Assembly (NCBI GenBank): GCA_022813965.1
Contig: JALDZS010000025.1
Span: 1 to 64,000 of the forward strand
Source of the DNA: Toensbergia leucococca
Taxonomy: Eukaryota
Direction: 5' to 3'
Length of the DNA stretch: 64,000 nt
Shown here in pieces: positions 23,435 to 39,350 of the stretch (position 1 is the first letter of the stretch; the number at the start of each line of letters is the position of its first letter). The translations under genes and the position numbers were made by a program. The notes under the pieces are model-generated. The model searched no databases. It worked only from the letters and a program-made list of their open reading frames with translations, and was not told the DNA's origin.

Positions 23435-23924
23435 GAGACAAGGAATATGACGCGGTCCTCCCTTGCTCACTTGATGGGTTTCTCAATGGAAGTATCACGG
23501 CTTTGGGCTTTTCTATGGCGTTCAGTTCAGGCGCGTGGCCTGAATAGATAATCTCTCTAGTCTCTAGCGGACCGAATGAAGATGAGGGTATTGAGTGATC
23601 ACTCGAGGCATTAATTTCAATGGAATACAAGTACCTAATTATCCAACTTCATTTAACACTATGTAGTAAAAAGCCATGTGCTTCTTGTTGAGGTGTACCT
23701 GGCAATCTGGCATGTCATTCTGACTCATTCAGGCCGATCTCGGATGTTAAAAAGGCATTAATTACAATACTCATACGCATAGTAAAATACTCATAGTTGG
23801 CAACGTTGTTAGATGTAAATATCATTCCTCTCCCAATCGCACGTTTGGTCGTGACAATATCTGGGACTGTCATCCCGTAATACTATTGTGTGGGGCTATC
23901 TGATCACGACGAACAGCTGCAACC

Positions 23925-26059
23925 ATGTGTGGTATCTTTGCTTGTCATCAGTGAGTAGCAAATCTCTCAAAGATATAAGTTAAAGCTAATTCCTCGTAGC
24001 CACCCTGATGTGCAAAGATTTAAGCCAACCGCTCTACGGATGGCGAAGGCGTATGTGATTGTAGGCAGTTTTTTACCGTCAACTTCTGATAGATTCAATA
24101 GCGCCCGTCATCGAGGTCCAGATTGGAGTAAGCAATACGGGCTCCGGAAGTGAGCGAACAGTATTCTGACCATTGGTCAGGTGGGAACTTTATCGCAAAT
24201 AACACCAGTACAGTAGCTCGAGAGTTCAAGCCAAACACGAGGCTAATAGATACCAGTTTTGGCGCATGAACGATTAAGCATCGTGGGTGTTGGTCAGTAG
24301 AGACTAGGGCTCGGAGATAGCTATCAGACTGACGACTAGTAGAGAGCGGCGCTCAACCTTTACTGAGCGAAGACAGCTCACTTTCATTGGCTGTTAATGG
24401 CGAAATTTACAACCATCGGGTTTTAAGGAAGCAGCTGAAGGAGCCGTATCCTTTTAAGACCCATTCAGACTGTGAAGTCATAATACCCTTGGTATGCCTC
24501 TCTACTTGAGATTATGCAAGTAACTAAAGCACTGTCTAGTACATTGAACATGGGCTTGACACCCCAAAACTTCTGGACGGTATGTTTTCTTGGGTGCTTT
24601 ATGACAAAAAGCAAGATCGTACAGTGGCTGCGCGAGATCCAATTGGAATCACGAGTTTCTACCAAGGCTGGTCAAGCAAAACTCCAGGCGCAGTGTACTT
24701 TGCATCGGAGTTAAAGTGCTTGCACCCTGTATGTGATAAAATCATCTCTTTTCCTCCAGGTCACGTATACGATTCTAAGACAGATTCAACGACGCGGTAC
24801 TTTCAGCCATCCTGGTGGGACCCGCGCAATGTTCCCTCTACGCCAATTGACTACATGTTAATAAGAACATCATTTGAAAAAGCTGTTCGTAAACGTCTCA
24901 TGGCCGAAGTCCCATACGGCGTGCTTCTCTCCGGCGGATTGGACTCAAGCTTGGTGGCTTCAATAGCTCAAAGAGAGACCTTGAGGCTACGAGCTCTGCA
25001 CAACGGCGAATCAAACGGCTACGGAGACGATGTGCAGCAAACCAGCGAAGGACTCGTCGGTATTGATGACGAGGATGAGCTATCGACCGTCGAATGGCTC
25101 CCTCAGTTACACTCGTTCTCGATCGGATTGACCGACGCACCCGACAGCAAAGCGGCACTTGAGGTGGCCAAATTTCTTGGCACTAAACACCATAGTCTTA
25201 GTTTCACAATTGAAGATGGACTGAATGCACTCTCTGACGTTATCTTCCACCTTGAGAGTTACGACGTGACGACAATTCGTGCTTCAACGCCAATGTTCCT
25301 GTTAAGCCGCAAGATCAAAGCCATGGGTGTCAAAATGGTGCTAAGTGGGGAAGGTAGTGATGAAATTTTCGGAGGCTACCTATATTTTCACGCGGCACCA
25401 GATAAGAATGCCTTTCACGAGGAAACAATTCGTCGTGTCAAAAATCTCCATCTTTCAGATTGCTTACGCGCCAATAAATCTACTTCAGCCTGGGGCGTTG
25501 AAGCACGTGTGCCATTCCTCGACAAGCAAGTTGGTGTTTATCATGCAGCTTTTTCAGACCTCCACTAATTCGACTAGTTCCTCCAAACCTCAATGAGTGT
25601 TGACCCGGCCGAGAAGATGATTACAAATAATAGGATGGAGAAGTACATCTTGCGCAAAGCTTTCGACACTAGCGACGAGCCAGATGTGAATCCATATCTC
25701 CCACAAAATATTTTGTGGCGACAAAAGGAACAATTTAGTGATGGCGTCGGTTACGGCTGGATAGATGCCTTGAAAGATAATGCTGAGATTCATGTTAGTG
25801 ATGAGCAGATGAAGAACCCAAAGGCCGAATGGGGGGATGATATCCCAGATTCCAAAGAAGCCTACTGGTATCGCATAATGTTTGATGAATGGTTTCCTCC
25901 GTATTGTGCATCCACGGTTATGCGATGGACGCCGACGTGGTCTGAGCAGACAGATCCAAGCGGACGGTGAGTAAGGTCCTATGGAATTTGCTGGGCTATA
26001 TTGACCTGCATAGGGCCATTGCCACGCACAATGACAAGTACTCTGGGGATAGGTCATGA
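23925..26059 (+). CDS. ASN1: Glutamine-hydrolysing asparagine synthetase (many short 5' exons)
   Basis: MCGIF (Ntn Cys2), [58 protein letters not shown]. Confidence 0.96.
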
Positions 26060-26829
26060 GTAAGATTAAAAACGACACTATTTCCTCACGATAAGTTGTT
26101 TTTACATAGCGGTGGCAGTCAACCAGCATCTGGATATTGCTGTTTGGCTTTGAGCTTGCAGCTATTACTAGAGCCTAAAAACTAATCTTAGAGTAGTTAT
26201 AGAGGACGGCATGAGATACCCATTTCATTTGCAGACAATCAACGACTTTGTCTATCACGTCCATCATACGACTCTTGACGACTTAGCGCAAAGTAGAACA
26301 TACATAGAAGCACCTCAAGTACCTTAGCGGGCACAGCTAGACTCGTAACTCAATATGTATCAATACATGTGGTATTGCGTCTATCCAAGGTATGTATAGC
26401 TTGTCCGTGTATCAAAAAAGGGTGTCCATGTAGTGTTCCGAAATCGTGAGCCTCCTTTAATTTTCAGTGAAGTATGGAAAGAGGAAAGGTACTCGTCCTA
26501 TTGCGAGGACATCAACGGCATTTGCCCGGATCATTACATGATATTTAGCTAATGTTTTTGATGAAATGGATCTATATCTAGAAGCAGGACTACAACATAT
26601 AGCCAGTCAGGTTTAATTTGTTTACTCCGTGATCAAGCAATAAAGGTTAGTACCCTCAACTTCCAAATCATCCTAAGCTATACATCGCTTCCATCGTCCT
26701 TGTTCAGATCTCGCATATACGCAACGCTAGACCTGCATCCGTGCAAGGAGCTGTTGGAACTTGTCAGCGACAGGCATCTTACTATTGATTCAGAGTCGTC
26801 GCACGACCTGGGAGGCTTTCGATTTTCCA

Positions 26830-27301
26830 TCAGCAGTCGATGACCGAGTAAGCCTTGACGATTTTCTCGGTGTTCGCACAACCGTCTTGCTCTACAGCAA
26901 CACCAACAACGTCAGCAAAAGGATTCCTATACAGCTTCTGAAATCGAACGCAACATCAGTCCTCTTCTCCCTTAATCATATGTGCACATAAGTTCACTTA
27001 CATTGTTGACTATCGAAATTGCGTGATATAACCGCTGCAATCAGCCCCCGAATACAACATGACTTGGCAAGTGGTTGAAGCCCAGTCGGTGTCGCAGGTG
27101 AAACAGTATGCTGGTCAGGCGGTATTGACAGGGGTGCAGCCCAAATCACCATCGCCAGAGTAGGAACCTTGGTGTTGAATGCAGTCATTGTCGGCGCCGA
27201 CGTCTTGATGTTCCCAGAGTTGGATGGACCAGTCGACTGCGAGGATTGGTGAAGCGAGGGTTAGGAAAGTGGCGAGAAGGAGTGGTATGGACCGAAAGCG
27301 T
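26830..27301 (-). pseudogene. Pseudogenised small secreted cysteine-rich protein
   Basis: Minus frame RFRSIPLLLATFLTLASPILA-VDWSIQLWEHQDVGADNDCIQHQGSYSGDGDLGCTPVNTA*PAYCFTCDTDWASTTCQVMLYSGADCSGYITQF, then a GTAAGT intron and a last exon QDGCANTEKIVKAYSVIDC*. No ATG, an internal TGA and a likely frameshift. Confidence 0.62.
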
Positions 27302-28588
27302 GGTGATAGAGCAGAGTATGATTAATTAATCTAAGGTGAAAAGTCATAGAGATGAATGGTATTTGCTTGATGAGATGGAGATGGCTGTGTAAGGTAAGTG
27401 GATGGATGTAGGAGGGAGGCTTGATGAGAGTGAATGAGTTCTGCGAACGGTACAGGCAGTGAGCGGGGATTTGTTATGAGTGAAGTGAATGAGAGTTTGG
27501 AAACCCGAAAATGCTCAACGTCACTCATTGTCCTGGCATTCTTCTTGGGCACTCAATCTTCCTCAACTTCTCTTAATCTCGTGCAAGCCTTCTATTTTGA
27601 ATAATCTCACAAAAAGAATTGTTTTATTCCAAACAATGATCCCACAGATCCATAACATCGCTAGTTGAGAGTACCAATAGTGGTCATTGTTCCGGTTGCC
27701 ACTCAAGCAATTCTGATCAGCTCCTCACAATATTTTGCACGAACCTAATTAATTTTAATCATCCTATGACCATGACCGCCCAACCTGCAAAATGATATTA
27801 AATTAGTCGATGTAGTTGATGTAGAGCGCGAAGCCTGCGTAACCATTGACATTTGCTTTGCGTCTTTAGATCATCGTCAACTGGGCCCTGGTATCTGCCA
27901 TTAGAATGGTGTTGGATAGTGGTAGAAGGACCGGAGCTAGAGACACTTGACAATTTAGGTAGCTAAGGACTGGGCGTCCGTTATATGAGGATCACTTCTA
28001 CTTGGATCCTGATACGGCTAGCAAGGAGTCCTCATGCCCTGCTAGATTTGCGTAAAGATTGTACGTCTCTCAGTCTTTCTAAGTGAGCGGGACTTCAGTA
28101 GTAGGAACGAGAAAAAATATCTACACGGTCTTGGGGCCGACTGAATGCTCACACGTTCGCAAGAGTGCGCGCGAGATAGGTTCTCCTGAAGACGATCCTC
28201 AAGAAGGGATTTAGAGAATGCATTCTTCTGTGCCAGCTATAATGTAGATATGCTGTTTGAGATTGTACATATTCTTCTATCCCCGTGTACCAGCTGAGTG
28301 CGAATAGGACGTAGACTTAGACACCGGAGAAAGACGAACTGTCACATCCAATCAATCGATCATGAGCCCTGGCACCATCCCGCGCAAGGTATGGAGTACG
28401 AGTACTCGTATTCTACTCGCACGTCGCACCATCGTATCAATTCGTCTTACCTAATAGTGCTGAAGACCGAGGAAAACAACATTACCTGAGCCTCTTCAGC
28501 TCCTCTCATCTGGCTCAAACTTTCCAATCAGCCAAGTTAATTTCCCGTCACATCTCCACAGCTTTGCAAGTTCTATCTTTTCAAAATC

Positions 28589-29857
28589 ATGTCTGTTCCC
28601 GCCTTCACTGACATTGCCAAACTTTCCAACGATGTAATCTCTACCGCGCCCCAAACAGACCGTAGCACCACTGACAAAAAGATTCATAGCTTCTTAACAA
28701 GGACTTCTATCACGCTGCTGCAGGTTAAGAGCCATTAATGAAAAGGTTTCGTGAGAGTCGAGGGCTGACAGGCGAGTGCAGCCAACCTCGAAATCAAATC
28801 GAAGGCCCCGAATGGTGTGACATTTAATGTCAAAGGGAAATCTTCCCACGAAGGTTCCACAGGCGGTCAGGTGAATGTTGCTCCTTACTCGGACTACCCT
28901 ATTCGCAATGAGTGCTAACCACGAGATGGTTGTTAGATCGAAGCAAAGTACTCGGATGCACCGTCCGGTAATGTTTTCAATTATCTACATTGTGTCGCGT
29001 CCGTCCGATCCAATGGATCGAACCATTTCCATCATCTTATCATAGTTAGACCTGGTTATACAGCATTGCTGATCTTTTACCGGCACGCAGGCTTGACTCT
29101 TACCCAAGCGTGGACGACTGTCAACTCTCTCGATACTAAGATTGAGCTAGATAACAAGATCACAAAGGGCCTGAAAGCTGAACTTCTTACGCAGTATCTG
29201 CCTAAGTCGCAGAACTACGGGACGAAGTTGAATCTTTACTTCAAGCAGCCAAATTTCCATGTCCGCGGATTTTTCGATTTGCTGAAAGGCCCTACTGCCA
29301 ATGTCGATGCTGTCCTTGGGCATGAGGGCTTCTTGGTTGGAGCAGAGGCAGGGTATGACGTGCAAAAGGCTGCCATCACAAGGTATTCAGCAGCTGTTGG
29401 CTATACCTTGCCAGAATACACTGCCGCAATTACAGCCACCAACAATTTGAGTGTTTTTTCAGCGTCATACTACCACAAGGTTAACTCGCAGGTGGAGGCA
29501 GGCGCTAAAGCGACATGGGATTCAAAAGCTAGTAGTAACGTAGGACTCGAAGTTGCCAGCAAATACCGCTTAGATCCTACCTCGTTCGCAAAGGTAAGCT
29601 TTCCTCACCAGGATTGATTCACGATTCAATGCTGGCACTGACCTAGAGATAGGCTAAAATCAATGACCGCGGAATTGCTGCAGCCGCCTACAACGTACTG
29701 CTCCGACCAGGCGTCACGCTCGGTCTTGGCGCTTCTTTTGATACCCAGAAATTGAGTGAAGCCGCACATAAGGTATGGGTTGCGTCTGAGACCTCTGCGG
29801 GCTTGATGATCTACTAACAAACTGTAGGTCGGCGCTAGTTTCACATTCGAGGGATAG
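28589..29857 (+). CDS. POR1: Mitochondrial outer-membrane porin VDAC (multi-exon)
   Basis: MSVPAFTDIAKLSND/LLNKDFYH; GLTLTQAWTT; GHEGFLVGAEAGYDVQKAAITRYSAAVGY; AKINDRGI; HKVGASFTFEG*. Confidence 0.97.
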
Positions 29858-30145
29858 TTAAAAGATATTGCAATAATAGAAAGATCCTGCAGATTGCTAT
29901 GTGCGCAGGCTTCAAGTGGCCATGTGAAGCCTGTAGATCCACAATATTCTCCGCTCATGCATTGGGCGAATGTTGTTAAACTGGCCCACAAGATGTCACT
30001 GCTTCAAGTATTCAATTCTGTTGGATCTTATATAAATTGAAGTCCTGTACCAAAGTCTCTATATGATTTTGACAGATGTTAGGAGTGAGCACTAAAAAGT
30101 TATTCTGGCAATCCGAGCATCTATCAATCTCAACAGACCGCGCAT

Positions 30146-31023
30146 TTAGTCGTCCTTCCTCCTCAGAACCCCTTTCTTCTCAAAGATAAAAGGTAAAGAG
30201 CCCGCCAGTGCCAATACGCCACCCACAAATAAGAAGTTGATCAACATGCCCCCTCTACTGCCCCCATAATCTACGCTTTCCTCCTGAAGGCGTCTCCGAC
30301 GACGCTGATCCTGCTGCTCTTGTGTTCGATAGTGCGCCTCGCGATCAAAGTGCGGAACGTCGTTGTTCAAATTGGAGTGCATTCCGCTCGGCTCGGAACC
30401 TCCTTCCGTATCTCCACGGTTTTTGAAAGATCCAGATGCAGCATTTGTCGATGCCGAAGCTGCAGCGTCAGCCTGCGCTTGTCTTTTTGTGCTCTGCGAT
30501 CCCCACCCTCCACTACGGTAGAAACTTGGTGGGGGCCCACGAAATTGAGTGCGCCGCTTACTCAATCCGCTGGCGGGTCTTGAGCCGTATGGCGTGGAGC
30601 TCGAAGAATGGGATCCTCGGCGAACGTTGGATGTAGATGCTGCCGTTGCACGGTAGACATCTCGGTCATAGCGCTCGCGCCTCTGAGCATCACCTAAAAC
30701 AGCGTATGCTTCAGATATCTTGACAAACCGAGTGGAGGCTTCAGGATCATGAGGATTATGGTCTGGATGGTGGCTTTTCGACAACGAATAGAATTGCCTA
30801 CTCTACTGAATCAACAGATGGATCAAGGCGCAAAGACGCAAGAAATATAGCGGCATTACTTTTTGATAGTTTCGGCAGAGGCGTCAGGCTCGAGGCTGAG
30901 CGTGTCATAGTGATTTGTGCCCTGGCTTTTCCATCTTGTGCTCGAATGAAACAATGTGGGTCGAGATAATGGAAGTGGAATTGGGAAGGCGCTGATTATG
31001 AACAATGAACATCGTAATGGCAT
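30146..31023 (-). CDS. J-domain (DnaJ) protein, probably mitochondrial, with a C-terminal TM (2 exons)
   Basis: Presequence-like N-terminus with LFHSSTRW, then NHYDTLSLEPDAS, SKSHHPDHN (HPD), FVKISEAYAVLGD..RRERYD, PHFDREAH, and a hydrophobic C-terminal helix. Confidence 0.88.
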
Positions 31024-31338
31024 TCCTCATACCTAAGCGATGCTCAACGCGATATGCTACAAATCGTGCCGTGGGATACAGATGTCAATGTGGTTACAGA
31101 CAAAAAAATTCCATGTTGATGATGATGACGTGGGGCCCATCGATCCTCGGGTAGAATAGATGTGAGCTTCGTCAAACAGCCCCTCGTTTACGGAGTACTT
31201 ATTCTAATCTAAAATCCTTACGGAGTACTAACCCCCACAATGAGCATCGCCCAACAACTAGGACTCAGTTGAGGTGATAGATTATCATCACATCGAGACA
31301 AGTCTGAAAATTTTGGTACAATCAGTCGTTGGGCCACT

Positions 31339-32965
<1,627 letters not shown>

Positions 32966-33338
32966 AGGGGGAATATGTGATTGTAATGAAGGCTGTTTCG
33001 ATGTTAGCACAATACCCGCTAGGTACGAGAGACAAATGGGATCGGAGTCGGGGGTAGTTTCCTAAACCAGTAGTATCATCACTGTGATGTTCTCAGCTTG
33101 GCCTAGAACCTTTGCATAGTGGTATGGATAATGAAATGATCCTGTTGCCAGTCTCTACTTAGCATTTGACGTTGACTTAAGGTTCGGTTGAAACCATGAA
33201 TAGCGCCCCTTGAATCAGTATCTTATAACACGATCAATATGCGTATCCATACTCCGTACTCTCCTACTCCGTACTTAATTACGTATCTCGTTCACCGTCA
33301 ACACTTGGGCTGCTGTGACTAGGCTTCAGCATCTCGTC

Positions 33339-34553
33339 ATGCCGTCTGCAACTGTGACGACTGCTGTTCAGCTGGATTCAAAGGTGCAGGATCAATTTTT
33401 CTGGACATGTACAGAGGAGCCACATAGGACAAGGAGGCAAGCAATTATCAAAGCTTATCCTGAAGTAGGCTCCTCGCTCCAGAGTAGTTGCCTGCCCCAG
33501 CGACTGATCTTTCAATGCCAGGTCACTAGACTGTGTGGGCCCGAACCCCTTACAAAATACTGTGTCCTCGCTGTCGTAGCGCTGCAATTGACTTGTGCTG
33601 CCATCCTTCGGAATACACCGATATTTTCTCTCCCTTTTCTTATCACCGCCTATGTCATTGGAGCGACGGCGAACCAGAATCTCTTCCTAGCCATCCATGA
33701 GATCTCCCATAATCTGGCTTTCAGAAGCCCAGACGCCAATAGACTTTTTGCTGTATTTGCTAACCTTCCCATCGCATTACCTTACAGTGCTGCTTTCAGG
33801 GTATGAAGTGTTTTTCTTCCAATAAAAAGGTGTGGAAAGTTCTGGCTAATGTGTTAATAGCCGTACCATTTGACTCATCACAAGTCACTCGGCGTCGACG
33901 GCCTCGACACTGACTTACCTACATCGCTCGAAGCATTCTTCCTGGACTCTGTCCTTGGAAAAGCATTCTTTTGCACATTTCAGATTATCTTCTATGCCAT
34001 TCGTCCGATGATGGTTTATCAACTACCGCTCACCAAGATCCATGTCTTCAATATCGCCGTGCAATTGTTTTTTGACTATATGCTCGTGCGATATGTCGGC
34101 AGTCATTCCCTGGCGTACCTCATATTGAGTTCTTTCCTCGCTGGCTCGCTCCATCCTTGTGCAGGCCATTTTATCGCAGAGCATTATGTATTCCAAAACC
34201 AACCCAAAGGGAAGAGCGATCCTTCCGTATTAGCTCCTATGCCTGAAACATTCTCTTACTATGGACCTTTGAACGTACTCACCTTCAACGTGGGCCTGCA
34301 TAACGAGCATCACGATTTCCCTGCCATACCATGGACCCGACTCCCCCTGCTGCACGAGACCGCTAGGGAATTCTACGCGGATCTACCAAGTCACAGCAGT
34401 TGGGTGTGGGTCATCTGGCAGTTTATCTGGGACCAGGAAGTTGGGTTGGGGTGCCGAGTGAAGAGGAAGCAAGGTGGAAGGAAAGTAGGTGGTCAGGACT
34501 GGCGAGGTGATGAACTTGAGACTCCTGGACCTGGTCTGCGAGTAATGTCATAA
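33339..34553 (+). CDS. DES1: Sphingolipid delta-4 desaturase (dihydroceramide desaturase)
   Basis: Lipid_DES motif FFWTCTEEPHRTRRQAIIKAYPEV; His boxes HEISH, HLTHH and HNEHH; LHPCAGHFIAEH. Confidence 0.95.
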
Positions 34554-36594
34554 GAGAGGATTAGCATGAATTTGACCTGTTCTCGTTCATAGAAAGCTAC
34601 ATCCTGGGGTTGACCGGTCTATATGAGATGCGGATTGATCCATTCTCCAAAGACTATACCCGCGTTTTATCGAACAATCGTCCCCGCTTATCCATGTCCG
34701 CTGTGCAAGTGGCGTGTGTGTGGATGGCCTGCGCTTATGGCCGACTAAGCTTTACAGCCTAATTACGAACGCTGTTAACCCGAGAATCATCTTCACAAAG
34801 ATGTACTTTGAGGCATTGCTGAGCTTATCTCTAGGAAAACATGCCCTGCAGCCGTATAGCGGAGGAGGCAATTAGCACTAAACGAGCTTTCATGTCTTTT
34901 GGCATGTTGGCATATCGAGAGAGAGAATCTATCCCGTCCTGACCAATTGTACGACTAAGACGAGCAGTGCAAAGGAGCCATATGTGATATCGTATTTTGC
35001 GTTTCAATCCCGCTCAACTTAATTAGCCATGTCAACCTTACAAGGACTAGGTCGTAGCTTGCATCCTGCAACTAAAGCCATCTTGAAGGACCATGTTAGG
35101 TGACTCGATCGGTTTGTTTCTGAAGGTTATGAGCAATACTTGAATGGATGCAAAATATTTTGTACGGATACTCCATTCCCCTTCTGAAGGCCCGAGTGAA
35201 CTTGTGGAGGGGGTTCAATTGTGTTCTTCCAGACCTATGTATATCCTATCTTCGGTCGTTCGACGCCTGGGTATGACAGTAATTAAATCCAAGTAGCTCT
35301 TCACAATGCTCAACAGGATGTACGGCAGGACATCTTACAAATTGAGCAAAACGATGGTCATTTCAGCCTAGGATACGAGATTGATAAAGTAGGAGACGTA
35401 TCGTACAATACATAAATTGCTGTACACCTGAATCAGTCATGACTTGATGGCAGTGCAACCAAATCGGAGGCATTTCCTCATTCAGGCAGGAGTTTGTTTT
35501 TATTGTTTTACAAGAGGTCAAGTAACTATGTCACTGTAGCAAGCATGCATAGGTGACATCAGAGGTTCAGACTTACAACATTATACACTCACTCACAGTC
35601 ATATATAATTGACAGGCTCATCTAAGAAGAATCATCTTCAGAGGGACTCATCAATCCCCTTCAGTATCAGACCTGCTTTGCGTGTTATTGATTGAAGAAT
35701 TGCTTGCATTATAGGCTCAACAGATTGATAGATGATCACAGAGGTCATCTTTTCTCTGACTTCAACTATCTTTTTAGCCCTCATTCAGTGACAACAGCGC
35801 AACACGTGAACCTGTACAGAGTAAATATATTGCACTGACGCCTATCTGTGAATAGACTCCCTATTTCTCCCTACTGTGATAGATAGCCGTTGATGAATGT
35901 ATATTGTCTGTCAGATAAACCGGGCATGCTCAAGTGAGATTGTCTCACTGAGACCCGTGAACACTCACAAACCTATGACAAAAATATCCTCAGGGAATTT
36001 TCCCATCAAGAACCGTAGAAAATATATCTCAATAGAATCTGAAGTATTGATACAAAGGCGAAAATTGATTGAGGACGTCGCTATTGAAGTCGCAATAAAG
36101 GTTGTACACCGGGCCATGAATACAGCCAATATTGAGGCTTTGAGGGGATATCGTGTGTCAACGCGAAAGGGTTGAGTCGCTTCGGGGCGGCGACAGCCCA
36201 AAGGGAGGGAGGTTGAATTGTCATATATATCCTTGCAAAGACTGGACCGATGAGTGGAGGAATCGTCAACCCTGAATCGAAAGGAAGTGGTAATTTAACG
36301 TCGTTCCGGACGAGTATTTCCTCATTCACTCACCTTTGCATTCCAATTATACAGCCATAAAACACATCACCAACAAATTGAGACACCGAATAATTGTCAA
36401 GTCTAACGGGGTCTTTGGAATAGGTTACTGGAACGTGATACATTTATTTCATCGACGCCGAGACATACCCCATTCCAACGTCACGAATACTCGAATAAGA
36501 AATGAAGCAAACATTTTAAGTAGTAACATTGGTCCAACCCAGACCTGCTTCATTTCTCCTTCGGCTCCACACAAAATTAAATTAGGAGTTGGCC

Positions 36595-37838
36595 TCAAAA
36601 GAAAAAATAGGCGAGGAGAAAGCTCAGTAAGCAAAGTGCGGCTACGATCTGTACTGGCACACCATCTGCTGGCTGCTGTTGGACGCCCATACCAGTCGTC
36701 CCGGTGGTGATACGCTCTCTGGAATCATGGTTCACCGCCTCGCTCTTTCGCTGTCTTAAGTTTTGCTCTTCATTTTGCTGTGTGAGCTTGGAGATTGTGG
36801 CTTTTGCTTCGGCAAGTTGTGCTCGCACGTCATCGCTGGAAGTGGGTATGGCGCTGGCAACGCTGGAGACAGCAGCGCCGATTGTGGATTGAGCATTCGA
36901 GATCGCAGGATTGTTGGCAGATTCTCTGGCCTCACCAAGATGTTTGCTACCTTCTGGGCGTGAGTCTGGGTACGAAACAGCACCAACGGCGTTATTGACT
37001 GAGCGGCTTGAAGGTGTCGTGGAGTCTGGAGCCGGGGAACCGAAAGAGGGAGACGGAGAGCCATATGCTGGCGGAGGTTCATCCGAATGATGCTGCAATA
37101 AAAGTTAGCAGCCGCCCAAAGCACCAGTAAATGTCAATGGCGTACTGTTCCATTAATATTGTTATGTGTTGGCGTGACGGAAGAACCATCTGCTGGCAGA
37201 AACGTCACACGGATCTTTCTTTCCTGAATCGAGCTCTTTGAAGTTTGCTCTACATTTTGCCACTGCGAAGAATAAGCTTTGTCAACATGGGCAGGGCGGA
37301 AAACGGACAACAGCAGTGATATTAGCCATCTCCCTCTCTGGGGTAATGGCGACAGACTGGACGAGGAATTTGTCCCGACACCTTGCGTCTGATGGTGGAT
37401 CTTCCTTCATCGCTTGTAGGAGGACTGGGATGTACTGTCAGGTTCTAAGTAGCACCGCGCCAGATTTTAACACAGTATACCTTGTACTTCGACTTCCCTC
37501 CCAGCTTCAATACGTCCAGAATTGGGACGAACGCAATATCTATCCGAGTCTTAGAATGTCTCTCATACAATGTCAAGACAAGGGAACATACTGTTTTGGG
37601 GCGGTTGTTTTAACCTATTAGAGGGCATTAATCAGCATCATCAGAGAGGATGCAGAGAGAGAGGGGGATGTTCAACTTTGAATGCTAGAGGGTTGCTGCT
37701 TGGGTTCCGCAAGCGCAGCAACTGAGTAACCTCATGTGTGAAAGGCCCTACATAGATTAGCTGAGCAGTGGGTCTCAATAGATATCAGAAACACGCACGG
37801 CGAAAGCCAAGCTCGGGAGGATCTAGTTCAATAGACAT
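36595..37838 (-). CDS. SCS2: VAP/MSP-domain ER protein Scs2 (multi-exon)
   Basis: MSIELDPPELGFR/RPFTHEVTQ..FK/VKTTAPKQ/YCVRPNSG; CRDKFLVQSV; ERKIRVTF; C-terminal TM GVPVQIVAALCLLSFLLAYFFF*. Confidence 0.94.
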
Positions 37839-38273
37839 GGTGGTGACGATGAGCGTGTAATCATATACTTGGACGTTCTTCAAATGGGTGAGCTCGCATC
37901 AAGATTCACAGGTATCGAGAACGTTTTGCGCAAATCAATTAACTTTCATGAGAGGAGGTTGGTGATGATGGCTAGGTTGTGCACCAGTGCAAGGAACGAG
38001 GGAACTTGATGTTGACCCGGAAAACCTCGCTTGGCCTTGTTCTACGGAACATCGCCGCTTTAGGATATCTACCGTTATCCGCTCTCGCCGCTTAAACACA
38101 TCTCTAAGTTCATCAAATCTACCTAGTTTTCATTATCCATGCAGCATTTGCTCCGCATAGAAGGTACTACAGCACTACCTGAAACCGGACGCTAGAGTGC
38201 TTGGACTCCTTCGCCCTAGAATATCCATCCCTGCACTAATACAGTACCTTGTCTTTCCAACGCTTCATCTCAA

Positions 38274-39350
38274 ATGGCCTCTTCGGTCCTAAACGACCTA
38301 CTCGAGATGGGGTTTGAGGAACCTAGAGCTGAGCTTGCAGTGAAGAGATCAGGACACTGTCAGTAATGCGGAAAGAGTCCATGACTGCACATGACCTTGC
38401 GCATTCGCTGACTCGGATTACAGTAGAGGGAGCTTTGGAGTGGCTAGAAAAAAATCAAGATAAACCACTCGATGAAATCAGTGCTCCCGCTACAGATTCG
38501 CTCTCAGACGAGGACAACCCAAATGCAGAGCCTCCCGCCCTTAAAGCTGGCGAAGTAGCGCAGAGTTTGGTGTGTAAAGAATGCGGGAAAAAATTTAGGA
38601 GCAACGCACAAGCTACATTCCATGCTTCTAAAACACAGCACGTCGATTTTGACGAGTCGACCGAGGAAATTGCACCGTTGACAGAGGAGGAGAAAAAGGC
38701 CAGACTTGAGGAGCTACGGCAGAAGCTGGCAGAGAAACGGGCTGGCACGTCAGAACAAGATAAGATAGATAGAAAGAAAAACGACGTTAGTACTCGGTGA
38801 CGGGATTTGCATTTGGTATACAGTATCTGATGTATTGTTTTAGGACATACGACGCAAGAGCACCAAAGAGACCCAAGACATCAAGGAAGATCTCCAAAAA
38901 AAGGAACAACTCAAGGAGGCTGCAGCAAAGCGCAAAGAAAAGCAGGATGAAATTGCGGCCAAGGCAAGAATTAAGGCCAAAATCGCAGCAGATAAAGAAG
39001 TGAGGCGATCGAAGGCTGAAAAAGACAAAGCAGAGCGTGAAGGTCGGGCACCGCCGCCAGTGCCAGCGGTCACTTCGATGCCAACAACCTCAGGTCCAAT
39101 TGCCTCTAAGCCAGCCTCAGCATACACAGAAGCACGGCTTCGACTGCAAACTGCGGGAGGAAACTTGCAGAAGTCTTTCCCGGTTGAGACAACCCTCTTC
39201 GAAGTTGCTGCAGCACTGACCGAGGATAATGGCGTCGAGGTACAAAGCTTTACGCAAAACTACCCTAAGAAGGTCTTTGATCAATTAGATTTTGGCGCGA
39301 CTCTAAAAGAACTTGGGTTGGTACCCAGTGCGTCATTGATCATTCGATGA
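38274..39350 (+). CDS. UBA + C2H2 zinc finger + coiled coil + UBX domain protein (UBXN1/SAKS1-like Cdc48 adaptor)
   Basis: LLEMGFEEPRAELAVK..VEGALEWL (UBA); CKECGKKFRS..ATFHASKTQH; ARLRLQT..F..NYPKKVF..TLKELGLVPSASLII (UBX). Confidence 0.9.
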
